64,000 nt of DNA, taken from NCBI RefSeq assembly GCF_006345805.1, contig NC_042999.1, forward strand, positions 170,438,001 to 170,502,000, read 5' to 3'. The position numbers were made by a program, and so were the translations under genes. Source of the DNA: Octopus sinensis. Its lineage: Eukaryota. The notes beneath the pieces are model-generated. The model saw only the letters and a list, made by a program, of their open reading frames with translations. It was not told the DNA's origin and searched no databases. Of the stretch, positions 13,096-26,019 are shown one piece after another (positions within the stretch are counted from its first letter, which is position 1; each line of letters begins with the position of its first letter).

Positions 13096-14114
13096 ATTGG
13101 GTAAGTCAACTGGGCAGTACCCGGAGGGTGGTTCTACCTTATCATTTGAATTATAATCCTGTAATGTTTACCTTTTGCCCATAACTGATGCCACTCACCC
13201 CCAGCAAAAGCCGACCAAGGGCCAAGAAGTGATATTAAACTGGGCGGGACACCAGATCCATCCCCACTCAAATGTGTTTATTGGAAGGTCGCTTTATGGG
13301 TCCAAACTTCGCATTACTCGATGTGAGTTCATTTGCGTTTCGAAGAAAGCTCCTCTTTAGACATCCTTCGTCTAATTTACGTATCTCATATGTTTATGTG
13401 AGGAGTGCGTGTGTGTTATTTGCGTGTGTGTGCTTGCGGTTGCGTGTAGGTTTTCTCATACAAACACATCTAGTTATAAACACACGCAAATATATTTTAG
13501 CATACGTATGCATATTCTCACGTATGTATGTGTGCGTGTATATAAATACATATGCAGGATGAGAGAGAGAGAGAGAGAGATAGAGAGAGAGAGAGAAAGA
13601 GTGAGTGAGGGAGTTAGTGAGTGAGAAAGAAAAGTGAGAGGGAGAAAATGAAGAAAAAGAGAAACTGAAAGTGTCAGACCGACATACGGAGACAAAGACA
13701 GACAGATAGGCAGACAGGCAGACAGACATAGCAATGCCATATGTCGACTGCGGTGTTGATAACGGGCTTAGGTCAATGAACTGTATGGGTGGTTCAAGGT
13801 GACAATCTATTAGCATAGAGATCAATCAAATACTATTGTTTGTTCTATATATTGGAATTGTTCCAACAGTTGTTGTTCGAGCGAGAGAAGAAAATATAAG
13901 AGACGTCGACTTGGTCTTACACACTACACGGCACGGCAACAGACGGTAACACCTCTGTCGACATCGCATCTCACTGTACACAGCAGTTCCTGTTACAGTT
14001 CACGTCGAGTATTTTGAGAACCATTTCTACATTAGACGCTAATGTACGGACACAGTCACAGTAGACTTCAAGAAGATTTTAAGTCATGAGTCATTCTACT
14101 CTACAGAATACCTC

Positions 14115-14346
14115 TTATTTCTTTACTACCCACAAGGGGATAAACACAGGGGGGACAAACAGGGACAGAGAAAGGGATTAAGTCGATTACATCGACCCCA
14201 GTGCGTTACTGGTACTTAATTTATCGACCCCGAAAGGATGAAAGTCAAAGTCGACCTCGGCGGAGTTTGAACTCAGAACGTAACGGCAGACGAAATACCG
14301 CTAAGCATTTTGCCCGGTGTGCTAACGTTTCTGCCAGCTTGCCGCC
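14115..14346 (-). mobile_element. tRNA-headed SINE, family B (head ggcggcgagctggcagaa...gagttcaaattcc)
   Basis: Reverse complement of the copies at 16940, 31047 and 61803; A-box-like and B-box-like motifs in the head. Confidence 0.85.
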
Positions 14347-16939
14347 TTCTCTACAGAACACCTCTTGTGGACGACGGGACACACTCACTGTAGACTACAG
14401 GACAGTATTCAGGCGTACACGTTCCCGACTTTACAATAGGCAGATGTATTAATTCAGAACTACAGAACAATATTAGGACACACCCAAAGTAGACTACAGA
14501 AAAGTATAAATTTCTAACATAAACTAAATGTCTCAAATTTGGGTGTAGGGGGATAATCGATTGAGATCAAGGCCAATACTTGACTGGTACTTATCGATCT
14601 CGGAAAGATAAAAGAAACGTCAGCTCAGAAATGTTTGATCTCTGAACACGAAAGGATGTAATTTAATACCACAAGGTACTTTTATCTGACGCTCAACGAT
14701 TTTGCTGATCCAATACCTCTGTCTACAAGAGACACGCCTACTGCTATGGACAAAACACTATTAACCTGCGTCTATTGTGCGCTGCAGGAAAGAGTGACCT
14801 ACACAGCCACGTATGAAATAAAGTGCAGACGACATGCCAATATTCCAATACAATCACGTACTGTGTTTCATATAAGTACACATTACATTGCATATCGATT
14901 GCTATGCTGCTTTAACAACGAAAAAGAGTTTAACGGTTTCTTTTCATTAAATAACTTTAGTTGAAACCATTTCAGCCACACATGATTTTCTGTTCAGAAG
15001 ATCCTTACTAGGTTTGTAGAATCTCTCTACCGCATTCCAACTAAATTGCATTTATTAGCCGATTTACCTTCCACTTCACATTGCACAAACACAAAATTTC
15101 TCCCAAATTCACCATTTCGTGTTCATAGTTTCCAAGTGAGAAACATTCCGACATCACCGCAATCCAACTAGGTCACTGACCTTGGCTATTTTTTCACTCC
15201 ACTACCTTCAAACTTTTTCTACAGATATATCTTAACCTGTGGAAACACTTGGCATTCACAATAATGAGTAACTTCTTTGAACAAGCCAAATGCCTGCCTC
15301 TTAAAGGGATTGAAATTGTAAATCACAATCAGTTGCATTGAGTCTATTTCTCACTCGATGACTGTCCGTATGGTTTGTATGACGGAGGTCTGTTTTACTG
15401 TCACATATCAGTGGCCACTTACTTGTACTTGATACGGTAACACATTTCACACGAGATATGCATTTATTTCTTGAGCATTTACCTCCGAAACATCTCACTA
15501 AATCTCCTACGATTTTTCGTGGCAGTCATACATCTATATCATTGCTAAAACAGGATTCCAAAAGTTTAGTTTATTCTTTAGGCCTCCAAAATACTTCTGT
15601 CCTGACCAGTTACTCATACTAAAAAGTACACGTACGTTTCACATTGCATTACTGCCTACATATTTAGCAGAGTGTTGCTGCTGCACACAAAATTGTCAGA
15701 TAATAGACGGAGACTTATTCATCAGTAAACCTACACTCGTTGGTGAAAGAGTATTTAGAATGGAAGAGTACCTCAGGTGAAAATACTTGTGTCCTCTTGG
15801 AATAAGTTGTTTCAACTTCATGCTCAGCCTGTCACCCAACACTCATCTGTAACTCAAAGAATATGTAGCCAGCGTACTGGCCACTCTCCAGTAAACCGCT
15901 TTGACAGGTGGACAAAACCAAGTGAGGATATTCGTCGGAATTCAAACCTCCGGTGAATTGAGACACGTCTATCCTTGCATGTGACGATTGACCACAGTTG
16001 TTTGAGTGAACGAGAATATCCGTCAGTCCAAAAGTTACGGAGTCAGAAAGCGCTAAGAGTCGATGAAATACTATAGAGTACTGGTCATCCACTTCACCTA
16101 GATCTATCTCCATTCATACTGACATCATCTTGCCCCAGGATCAAAGCAGACCTGAGGGAGAAAGTGAGGCTGGAAGTGCACAACCCTTTCTCACTTAAAT
16201 CCAATTCACACTCACATCATGACATCACGATGTTTCTCATCCCATTAATGAACGTACTCGTACACTCACTTGAACACATGCTTTTCGTTTCCCTCTTGCT
16301 GTCTCCTCTATTGCTCCGTAATAACTTTTGACTCTCCCTGCACCAGCAATGTGTCCCCCCCCCCCACTCGATCAAGCTTACTCAATATTTCCATTTCTCT
16401 TCTACAAGTCATCCCTGCTATACCTCACCCTCCTTAAACCCGAAGCTGCACACTGTTTGCCCCCAATCCATCCTATTCAGAAATGCAACCTGTCTAGCGC
16501 TCGGTTTCTGCCTGAGTTTTCCTTCGATTATCAATGCACAGAAATTCAAGTTGCAGATCATCTCTACCTTGCCTCTGTGTGAGTCCTGAGAGAATCTGTT
16601 AAGTCCTGAGCGTTGTTCTACAACCTCCGCCTCCGATTTATTAACATTAACTTCTAACATTGTCACAAACCCTCTACTTCGGGCTTATCGTCCTAGTAAT
16701 CAACTGATGCTAATTTCTCAGTTCTTAGACGAATAAAATACAAACTGATTTCCGCAGGATTTGAAATCACAACACACAAGTACACATCTAACAACTAGTC
16801 CTTTACTCGACCGATTCTGTCACTTCCCCACTCTCTTCAGATTAAATTATATTTAAAAAGTTCGGGATTTCTCATTTGCAGATGAAGTAGAGAATAAGGC
16901 TGTTTGAAAACTCAGTGACATTATTTTCTTCATGCTCAT

Positions 16940-17330
16940 GGCGGCGAGCCGGCAGAATCTTTAGTACACTGGATAAATTGCTTACCGGTATTTCATCTGC
17001 CGTTACGTTCTGAGTTCAAATTCCGCCGAGGTCGACTTTGCCTTTCATCCTTTCGGGGTCGATAAATTAAGTACCAGTTACGCACTGGGGTCGATGTAAT
17101 CGACTTAATCCGTTTGTCTGTCCTTGTTTGTGCCCTCTGTGTTTAGCCCCTTGTGCGTAGTAAACAAATAGGTATTTCATCCATCTTTATGTCCTGAGTT
17201 CAAATTCCACAAAGGTCGACTTTACCTTTTATCCAAACAAAAAGAAACATTTCAGCACGAGGAGTCAGTCTAATCGATCTATTTCTCCCCACAAATTGCT
17301 TGCCTTGTGCCAAAATTGGAAATCAGTATT
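16940..17330 (+). mobile_element. SINE family B, full unit plus partial second unit
   Basis: ggcggcgagccggcagaat...gagttcaaattccgccgaggtcgactttgcctttcatcc, repeated internally. Confidence 0.85.
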
Positions 17331-17559
17331 TTGAGGGAAGCTGGCAGAATGTTTAGCACGCCGGACAAAATGATGGTATCTATTGTATCAGTCTCATTTT
17401 CGCAAAACCGCTAAGGTTTGTAAATAAATCAACACCGGAAGTCACATGGCGGCGATGACAAACAGACACAAAGACACACACACACAAACAGGCACACACA
17501 CAAACACACAGACACACACGCACACACATATAGACACATATAGATATGTGTGTACGTGT

Positions 17560-17590
17560 ATGTGTGCGTATATATATGTATGTGTGTACG

Positions 17591-17666
<76 letters not shown>

Positions 17667-17668
17667 TA

Positions 17669-17709
<41 letters not shown>

Positions 17710-17751
17710 CTATATATACATATATATATACTTACATATACATATATATAT

Positions 17752-17801
<50 letters not shown>
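17560..17801. repeat. (TA)n microsatellite
   Basis: Directly visible. Confidence 0.97.
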
Positions 17802-17806
<5 letters not shown>

Positions 17807-18094
17807 GTAAAATATGAAAAATCAACGAAAATGCACATTGTAAATAAAAATAAGGCTTTTTATGAAAAGTAACGACAAATATATACATTTAGATGGACTG
17901 AGGTAGTAATAAAAGTCATAAAAGTCATTATTATGAGATGACTATAAAGTCAGAAAACAAAGCATACCATGGTTTCCGCAAAGCTATTCATCGCTTCGTA
18001 TACACCGGAAGAAATAGCGCTAACTAATTTTCTTCGACGCGCTAACGATTCTGCCATATCACCGATTTTATCTGCGAAATATAATCCTTTATAT

Positions 18095-18699
18095 AATAGG
18101 CATAAGGTCTGAAATTTTAAGGAGGAGCTTGTTGATTTTATTGACCCGATTGCTTGACTGTTATTTGTTTTATCAACCTGAAAGGATGAAAGGCAAAATC
18201 GACCTTGGAAGAATTTAAACTCAGAATGTAAAACTGGTAGAAATGTGGTGAAGCATTTTTTCTGACACGCTAGCGGTTCTTATTTCTTTACTGCCCACAA
18301 GGGGCTAAACATAGAGGGGACAAACAAGAACAGAGAAAGGGATTAAGTCGATTACATCGACCCGCCAGTGTGCAACTGGTACTTAATTTATCGACCCCGA
18401 AAGGATGAAAGGCAAAGTCGACCTCGTCGGAATTTGAACTCAGAACGTAACGGCAGACGGAATACCTATTTCTTTACTACCCACAAGGGACTAAACACAG
18501 AAGGGAGAAACAGGGACAGACAAACGGATTAAATCGATTATATCGACCCAGCGCGTAACTGGTACTTAATTTATCGACCCCGAAAGGATGTCGATAAATT
18601 AAGTCGACCTCGGCGGAATTTGAACTCAGAATGTAACGGCAGACGAAATACAGCTAAGCATTTCGCCCGGCGTGCTAACGTTTCTGACAGCTCGCCACC
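18095..18699 (-). mobile_element. SINE family B tandem multimer
   Basis: Several consecutive body units (atcgaccccgaaaggatgaaaggcaaagtcgacctc) sharing a head that ends at about 18699. Confidence 0.85.
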
Positions 18700-18874
18700 T
18701 TAACACGCCAGCGATTCTGCCAGCTTGCCGTGTATTCACCGGTCTAATTATAAGGCGAGTCAATAGGGCAGTGAACTGGCAGAATCGCCAGTACGCTGGG
18801 CAAAATGCTTAGCAATGTTTTGTCCGCTTTTATTCTCTAAATTCAAATTCTGTTGTAGCAGTTTACTCTACAGT

Positions 18875-18996
18875 CGCGTGGTTTCGGGTTCAATTATTCT
18901 ATGTGGCACCTTGGTCAAGTGTCTTTACTATAGTCTCAGGCTAAACAGGTGCCATATGAGTGAATTTAGTTGAACGGAAACTATATAGAAACTGTC

Positions 18997-19000
<4 letters not shown>
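18875..19000 (+). mobile_element. SINE family A, degenerate partial copy
   Basis: gggttcaatt...gtggcaccttggtcaagtgtctttactatag matches the reverse complement of 25571-25988. Confidence 0.7.
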
Positions 19001-19087
<87 letters not shown>

Positions 19088-19161
19088 TTATATATATATA
19101 TATAATATATATATATATTATATATATATATAATTATATATATATAATATATATATATAAT

Positions 19162-19199
<38 letters not shown>

Positions 19200-19340
19200 G
19201 TATGTATGTATGGTGTCTATATAATTATATATATATTATATATATATGTATAAGGGTGGAAAGGAACACACGAGTTGATATATATGAAAAAACAAGTCAA
19301 AAATAGATGAAAATGCTAAGATAATTTTATAGTGAAATCT

Positions 19341-19384
19341 TTCAGTACCGGTTTCGGTCATTTTGAGACCTTTTCAACTGTAAC
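19341..19384 (-). ncRNA. Minimal type I hammerhead ribozyme motif (U3-A8 variant)
   Basis: Minus strand reads UUACAG-UUGAAAA-GGUC-ucaaaau-GACC-GAAA-CCGG-UA-CUGAAA, the same as the plus-strand copy. Confidence 0.65.
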
Positions 19385-19688
19385 GATAAATAATAAATTT
19401 AGAAAAAGTAAGAAGAAAAGTTTTTCTGAATTGAACTGCGACTCGGTGTCAGCCACTGACCATTTAAAATACGACCATCAAGGCATTCCCAGATTTCCCC
19501 ACCCCCTCTCCACATCAGCCTCCTTATTCTTCACCTACCCTACCAAGAACTCACAACGACCTCGAACACACAAGTGCAAACAAGGGAGTCAGAGAAAGGC
19601 AGAATGCTACTTATATCTGAACACTACTATAGAAATATTCTTTTAAAAAAAATTTTCTTCTAATTTTCTAAATTTAATTATTTAATCG

Positions 19689-19732
19689 TTACAGTTGAAA
19701 AGGTCTCAAAATGACCGAAACCGGTACTGAAA
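19689..19732 (+). ncRNA. Minimal type I hammerhead ribozyme motif (U3-A8 variant)
   Basis: Core UUGAAAA at 19695-19701; helix II GGUC/GACC; GAAA at 19717-19720; palindromic helix III ACCGGU; H17 = A19726; helix I CAG/CUG plus a mismatch and 2 bp. Confidence 0.68.
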
Positions 19733-20450
19733 TGTTCACTATAAAATATCTTAGCATTTTCTATTTTTGACTTGTTTTTTCATATATAATATATATATAT
19801 ATATATATTATATATATAATAATAATCTATAATAATAATAATAAAATAATAATAATAATAATAACAATAATAATAATAATAATAATAATATTGTAAATAA
19901 CAACAGATAAAAAAACCTATACGTATACTGAGGGTACAACCGGATGGGAGACAGACACAGAAGGGTCCCTGATTTTTCGTCAGTTATCAGCTAAAATGGT
20001 AATATTCAGTTTCGCACCATTAAGGATACGACTGAGAAATCTCCATATTGGTGGTACCTGCGAAAGTTGCAGAGAATTTCGGGCCTGAAGCAAACAAAAC
20101 AACAAAGAGTGGACATATGAAAGTAGAAGAATGTAATTTAAGACGATGGACAAAGAGGAAATAAATAGGAAACTAGCAAAATATGGCCTTGAGCCAAAAA
20201 GACAAGAATGGTGGGTAGTGCTTAGAAGAAATCCTAAAGGTTATGGAAATAACAAGACCGAAAATTTTTGCGACCGAATGGCTGGGCGACCGGTGCGAAA
20301 AAGGGAGAGAATGAAGGAAAGCTGGCCACAGGTCACGTGTCGTCAGTAGCTAGAGGAGAAAAGGAGAGAGGGAGTGAAAGACAGAAAATAAAGGAAGAAT
20401 GATATATATTATATATTTATATATATATATATATATAATATCTCTATATT

Positions 20451-20764
20451 ATAATTCTGAGTTGGCATTGAGAACGGGTTAAAGGCCACTAGATCCCGTC
20501 GGATTGACTCCAAATTTTACAGGGGCATGTAAAATGAGGTGAGGATGCCAGTGGGCTAGGTTAGAAATCCACATCTTAAAAGGTGTCGGTGCTAGGACCA
20601 AAAACGCACACTTTGACAAGTCTACTCTCATTCTTTTATGTGTCTGCCTTTCTCCATCTCTCACTTTCTTTCCTCCCTTCCTTTCACCTTCTCTCTATAA
20701 CGTCCTTTCACAGCGTCTATTATCTTTCCCCCGCCGCGATCGCTTCTATTATCTGCCTGCCTTC

Positions 20765-20801
<37 letters not shown>

Positions 20802-21710
20802 TTCCTTCCTTTCACATTCTCTTAATAACGTCGTTTGATAGCGTCAACTATCTTTCCTCCACCGCCTTCGCAGCGCTGTCACACTCTCTCTCTCTCTCTA
20901 CGTCTGTCTGCATTAATAGAGAGAATTATCATCGCCACCACCACCACCACGACATAATCATGAGAATCTTTCTCTTAAAACAAATCATCTTTAGGTTTCA
21001 AAATATTTCATTTTTCAGTCCTCTCTTTCATATATCACCTTTTCTTCCTCGATCTCTCTCTTTTCCCCCTTCCCTCCAATTTCTCTCTCTATAACGACGT
21101 TTGACACCTCCGCCGTCTCTCTTTCTTCTCTAACACGTCTCTCAGTGTATTTCTGTTTGTATCTATAAAGACGAAACGTGACAGCCGCAAAAGTTTAAAT
21201 ATTCCCACCACAGGTCTTTCAGAAAGGTGAATTATTATCTCCCACCACCACCTCCGCACAGTTATAACAGATATTATTTATCAGAAGATATGTTATTATT
21301 TTGCGTGGATAAAAGATTTTAAAGAATTTATTTGTATGCTCAAGGCGACCGTCGTTAACAAAAATTTGTCGGTAAATTTGAAAAATTTTCCAGTTTTTAA
21401 ATATTTACTTCTTAACTATTTCATTCGTTTTCTCATTGTAAACCAAATCATCTTTAGGTTTCAAAATATTTCATTTTTCAGTCCTCTATTTCATATATCA
21501 CCTTTTCTTCCTCGATCTCTCTCGTTTCCCCCTTCCCTCCATTTTCTTTCTATAACTACGTTTGACAGTTTCGCCGTCTCTCTGTTACTCTTTCTTCCAA
21601 AATTTACAGGGACACGTAAAATGAGGCGAGGATAGGAGTGGGCTAGGTTAGAAATCCCTATCTTAAAAGGTGTGGTTACAAGGGCCAAAAACACACACTT
21701 TGACAAGTTT
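20451..21710 (+). mobile_element. Helitron-like non-autonomous element, 5' part, with internal duplications
   Basis: Begins A|TCtctatattata. About 20510-20630 is repeated at about 21595-21710, and about 20983-21120 at about 21444-21585. Related sequence at about 26120-26290. Confidence 0.4.
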
Positions 21711-22082
21711 TCTCTCTTTCATATATGACCTTTTCTTCCTCCGTCTCTACCTCTCCAGAGCGAATATAGAAGGTGGATCAAATATCTCTACAACTTTAAA
21801 AACACAACAGTCTTCTTTAGACCTCCACAGAAGCAACCGCATATATTGCTAGCTGAACCGATACTCCAACATATAGCACCATATGCCTGGTTTTCCAAAA
21901 TGGCAGAGCGTAAAAAGAAAACAAGCCGAGTTGTTTCGCCATTGGTTTTTCTCACAGACTAATATCATATTTCGATGACGTTGACCATTTCGATGATGTT
22001 GACCATTGTTTTACGGATGTTTTTGTGCAAGAATGGACGCCGAAATGAACAGAAACTGAATTTATTAGAATGAGATCTTCAC

Positions 22083-22134
<52 letters not shown>

Positions 22135-22989
22135 ATTTGTATACATTTGTATTATAATGCGTACACACAACACACATATATATATAACGCGTGTATATGT
22201 ACTTATATATATTTAATGCGTATAGATATCGACGAGGAGATGCACAATGAAATACAAAAACATACCGAGGGACAACCCCTCGAAAATACACTAAATCATT
22301 GGAAGGAAACCTGTGAAAAGGAAGAGAGAAATTCTCTCCTGCGCTGGCAAAAAAGCAACAATTTCTTCCAAAGATATGCGTCAATTTTCAAAAATGAATT
22401 GGGTACAGATAATCCCTTTCTTAAGAAAATTACAAAAAATTAAAAAGAACAACCGAACAACCCACAAACCACCCCCAACTATCCTCCATACACTAGAAAC
22501 AGAAATCACCCACAACCAACATTTTCGACCACGCAAGACTTAACAGGGAACATCTGACAGACAACGCATCTATGAAATAGATTACACACAAAAAACAGAA
22601 CACACCACAATATCCTATACCAACCCAACTACCCCATAACAGCACAAAACAACACTAGAATAAAAATACACCACACACCAGTCACTACTACCCCCCATGA
22701 CCCAAAATTACTGGTCCCCACCGAACACAAGACAAATACAAAATAACACTAAGTCAAGCAACATCCCACATACAAGCAATTCGAAACAAAAATATATCAC
22801 ATACAGAAATTTTACACACATCACTAACGAAAACAACCATAGATTCCCACACACACACAACAATCGGAGGCAATAATACCACCGTTCCCCCGAACCAATA
22901 TCATACAAACAGACAACTCATACAAACAAAATTACACCCAACATTTTTTAGCCCGGGACCAGAGACACCAGGACACAGGCTGGAACCTA

Positions 22990-24480
22990 GTAATAAGGAA
23001 AAACCAAAGATAATCAACCTTTCAACCAAACCTCTCTCTAACATAAAAATTGACATCCTCTCAAAAGGGCTCAAATTTACGCCAACTCCACCCAGAGCCA
23101 ACCTAAATGAAATCAAGGATAATATAACAGAATTTTGCAGAAAATTAAGACTAGCAGAAGCATCAACCAGTTTCAATACTGAAGATGACTCACTAGTCAA
23201 GAACAAAAGTGAACACATCCCCCACAGAGGAAGAAATAAAGATCTTGACGAATTCTGTAACCACATTGAGAATTTTCCCTACCATACTATACATATACAG
23301 ACAGTTAACTCAAATTTTAACACTACACAATGGAAGGAACTGATAGAACTCCAAAATGATGAAGATATAACCATTAAGGAAGCAGACAAGGGAAGTGCAG
23401 TTGTAATAATGGATACATCATACTATAGAAATCTTGTAACTTCCTTGCTTGATGACAACCAACATTATGAAAAAATCACCAACTACACCCCACAAAAAAT
23501 AATGAAAACTCTATCTTCATTAATTAAAACCCATGAAAAGGAACTAACAACCAAAGAGATTGACTTTCTAACAAACTTTAAATGCAAGCCTAGCCTCTTC
23601 TATGGTCTGCCAAAAATTCATAAAAGCCAAATTATAAATGAAACCATTAAAAAATCACCAGACATACATACACACACCTAACCCGGGGGACCTAAAACTA
23701 CGACCCATTGTAGCTGGCCCAACCTGTGAAACAAACAGATTAAGTCTATTTATGGACATCCTCCTGAAACCCTTCCTTAAACATATCGATAGCCATATCA
23801 GAGATGACTTGGATATGTTAAACCACCTTCCAAAAAAAGCCAAGGAAGAAACAATCATGGTTTCATTTAATGTAGTTAATTTATATACCAGTATACCTCA
23901 TAATTATGGACTAGAGGCAATACAGTTCTGGCTTGACCATTTTCCGGTAGAAATACCAAAAAGGATCAGTAAAAATTCATTACTAAATCGGTTGAATTCA
24001 TCCTACATAATAACCACTTCGTGTTTGACAATACATTTTACCGTCAAAAATCCGGAATGCTATGGTATAAGGGCAGCACCAGTCATTGCGAACCCACCAA
24101 TGGGCTACCTGGAAATAATCATTTACCAGGAATCTTTATCAACCTTTGGAAACCCCCCTCTCTCAATACATAAAGAGAATTGGAAACGATTCCTGGACGA
24201 TTGTTTTATACTCTGGAATGAAAACACAGATAAACTCCTAAAATTCAAAAACTATTGAACAGCATCAACCCAAATATACAGTTCACAATGGAATACAACC
24301 AAAAGGAGCTCGCGTTCTTAGATATACTAATTAAAAAAATTAACCTTAAAATAGAAACAGACATTTTTACAAAGCCACAGACGCCAAACAATACCTACTT
24401 TTTGATTCATGCCACCCAAGACACACTAAAACACAAACATCCCTTTCAACCTTGCAAGAAGGATATGCACAATAGTGTCT
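22990..24480 (+). pseudogene. PLE reverse transcriptase (frameshifted)
   Basis: ILSKGLKFTP, IKEADKGSAVVIMD, FYGLPKIHK, LRPIVAG, SFNVVNLYTSIP, WKRFLDDCFILW, NIQFTME, LAFLDILI. Confidence 0.93.
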
Positions 24481-24849
24481 GAACAAAATACCAAGAACTT
24501 TAGACTACAAGAACTCAAAAACCACCCTAATTGACAGACACTACCCAGCTCAACTCATAGAGGATGGGATCAGACGTGCACAGAAATCGACATAGAAACT
24601 TTGAGAAAAGTTCAACACAACAACACACCTCCCCGAAAATACTACTACCTTATATCTACATACAACCCCAGAAACAAAGAAGCCTTCACCATCATCACCC
24701 AGAATTTACCAATACTTCATAAGGACCCCAAATTAAAGGAAATTCTAAACATACATAAAATCATTAAAAGCTACAAACAACCTAAATCACTTAAAAAGAT
24801 TCTCACAAAGGCAAAATTGCTTTCTGAAATTACGGATGCAAAAGTAAAA

Positions 24850-25278
24850 AAATGTGGTAGACCAAACTGTGCAACATGCCCAAACCTTCTAGAAGGATCA
24901 GAATTCCTCTTCAAAGAGGGACAAAAATTCAAGATCAAATCTAATTTTACTTGTGCCTCTGAAAACATAATTTATGTCATAAGATGCTCGGGCTGCCACC
25001 AAAACTACGTGGGGTCCACGGGACTATCACTCAGACGTAGATGCACACTGCATTGACAACAGATTGCATTCCCAGAATACAGAATGATACCCTTTAGTGA
25101 GCATATTGAGAAATGCGCAAAGCAACTACTACCACAATTTTTAATCTTTCCATTTTATCAATGTGCTATTGGAACACCAACACAAATTAGACTAAACAAG
25201 GAAACATTCTTCATTGAAAAATATAAGCCCAAACTTAACCACTCTAACATTCTTATACAGAGAAACTCACCCCATTAA
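24850..25278 (+). pseudogene. Cys linker plus GIY-YIG endonuclease of the PLE
   Basis: KCGRPNCATCP (CX4CX2C linker), NIIYVIRCSGCHQNYVGSTG, and C-terminal ETFFIEKYKPKLN. Confidence 0.9.
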
Positions 25279-25395
25279 TTAAAAAAAGGCATGAAATATA
25301 AAGCGATTATCTCCCTTACACCGGAAGAAATCCCTTATTACTTCCCCTTACCTGGAACTCTCCTTTACACTTCTTAACGAAATCATAACACAATG

Positions 25396-25444
25396 TTTTG
25401 AGAAATTTGAAAAGTTAACACGAAACCGGTAATTTCTTCAAAAA
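25396..25444 (+). ncRNA. Minimal type I hammerhead ribozyme motif (U3-A8 variant) in the PLE 3' repeat
   Basis: Helix I AGAAAU/AUUUCU extended by UUUUG/CAAAA; core UUGAAAA at 25407-25413; helix II GU-uaac-AC; GAAA at 25422-25425; helix III ACCGGU; H17 = A25431. Confidence 0.72.
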
Positions 25445-25570
25445 CTATGTCACTGTATGAAAAAAATTTATAACATTCTTCTGACATAATGACTCAAATA
25501 TATTTTTTTTAACCTTTTAAAACAAGCCTTCTGTAGTTTTTTCACTTCTTACTATTTTCTATATATATTA

Positions 25571-25988
25571 CTCTTTTACTCTTTTACTCTTTTACTTGTT
25601 TCAGTCATTTTGACTGCGGCCATGCTAGAGTACCGCCTTTAGTCGATCAAATCGACCCCGGGACTTATTCTTTGTAAGCCTAGTACTTATTCTATCGGTC
25701 TCTTTTGCCGAACCGCTAAGTGACGGGGACGTAAACACACTAGCATCGGTTGTCAAGCAATGCTAGGGGGACAAACACAGACACACAAACACACACACAT
25801 ATATATATATATATATACATATATACGACAGGTTTCTTTCAGTTTCCGTCTACCAAATCCACTCACAAGGCATTGGTCGGCCCGGGGCTATAGCAGAAAA
25901 CACTTTCCCAAGATGCCACGCAGTCGAACTGAACCCGGAACCATGTGGTTGGTTAGCAAGCTACTTACCACACAGCCACTCCTGCGCC
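25571..25988 (-). mobile_element. tRNA-headed SINE, family A, full-length uninterrupted copy
   Basis: Head ggcgcaggagtggctgtgtggtaagtagcttgc...ggttccgggttcagt, a CORE-like segment (cttgggaaagtg), an internal microsatellite and a (agtaaaag)n tail. Confidence 0.9.
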
Positions 25989-26019
25989 TATTCAAAATAC
26001 TGAAATATATATATATATA

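Larger units (their letters stand above)
19278..19789. repeat. Inverted pair of Penelope-type terminal repeats (about 150 bp arms, about 215 bp spacer)
   Basis: 19278 to about 19428 is an imperfect reverse complement of about 19645-19789. Each arm carries a hammerhead-like motif. Confidence 0.85.
22215..25560 (+). mobile_element. Penelope-like retroelement (Neptune-like), near full length, disrupted
   Basis: Long N-terminal region, RT and GIY-YIG domains in order, followed by a 3' repeat region containing a hammerhead motif. Confidence 0.93.

Noticed and set aside
18095-18699. CRISPR-like or satellite array of repeated units
   Set aside because: Units are SINE bodies of variable length with no unique spacers, in a eukaryotic context.
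25930-25988. tRNA gene candidates in SINE heads (also 16940, 48300-48358, 51469)
   Set aside because: A/B-box-like motifs are present, but I could not fold a complete cloverleaf and each continues into a SINE body.
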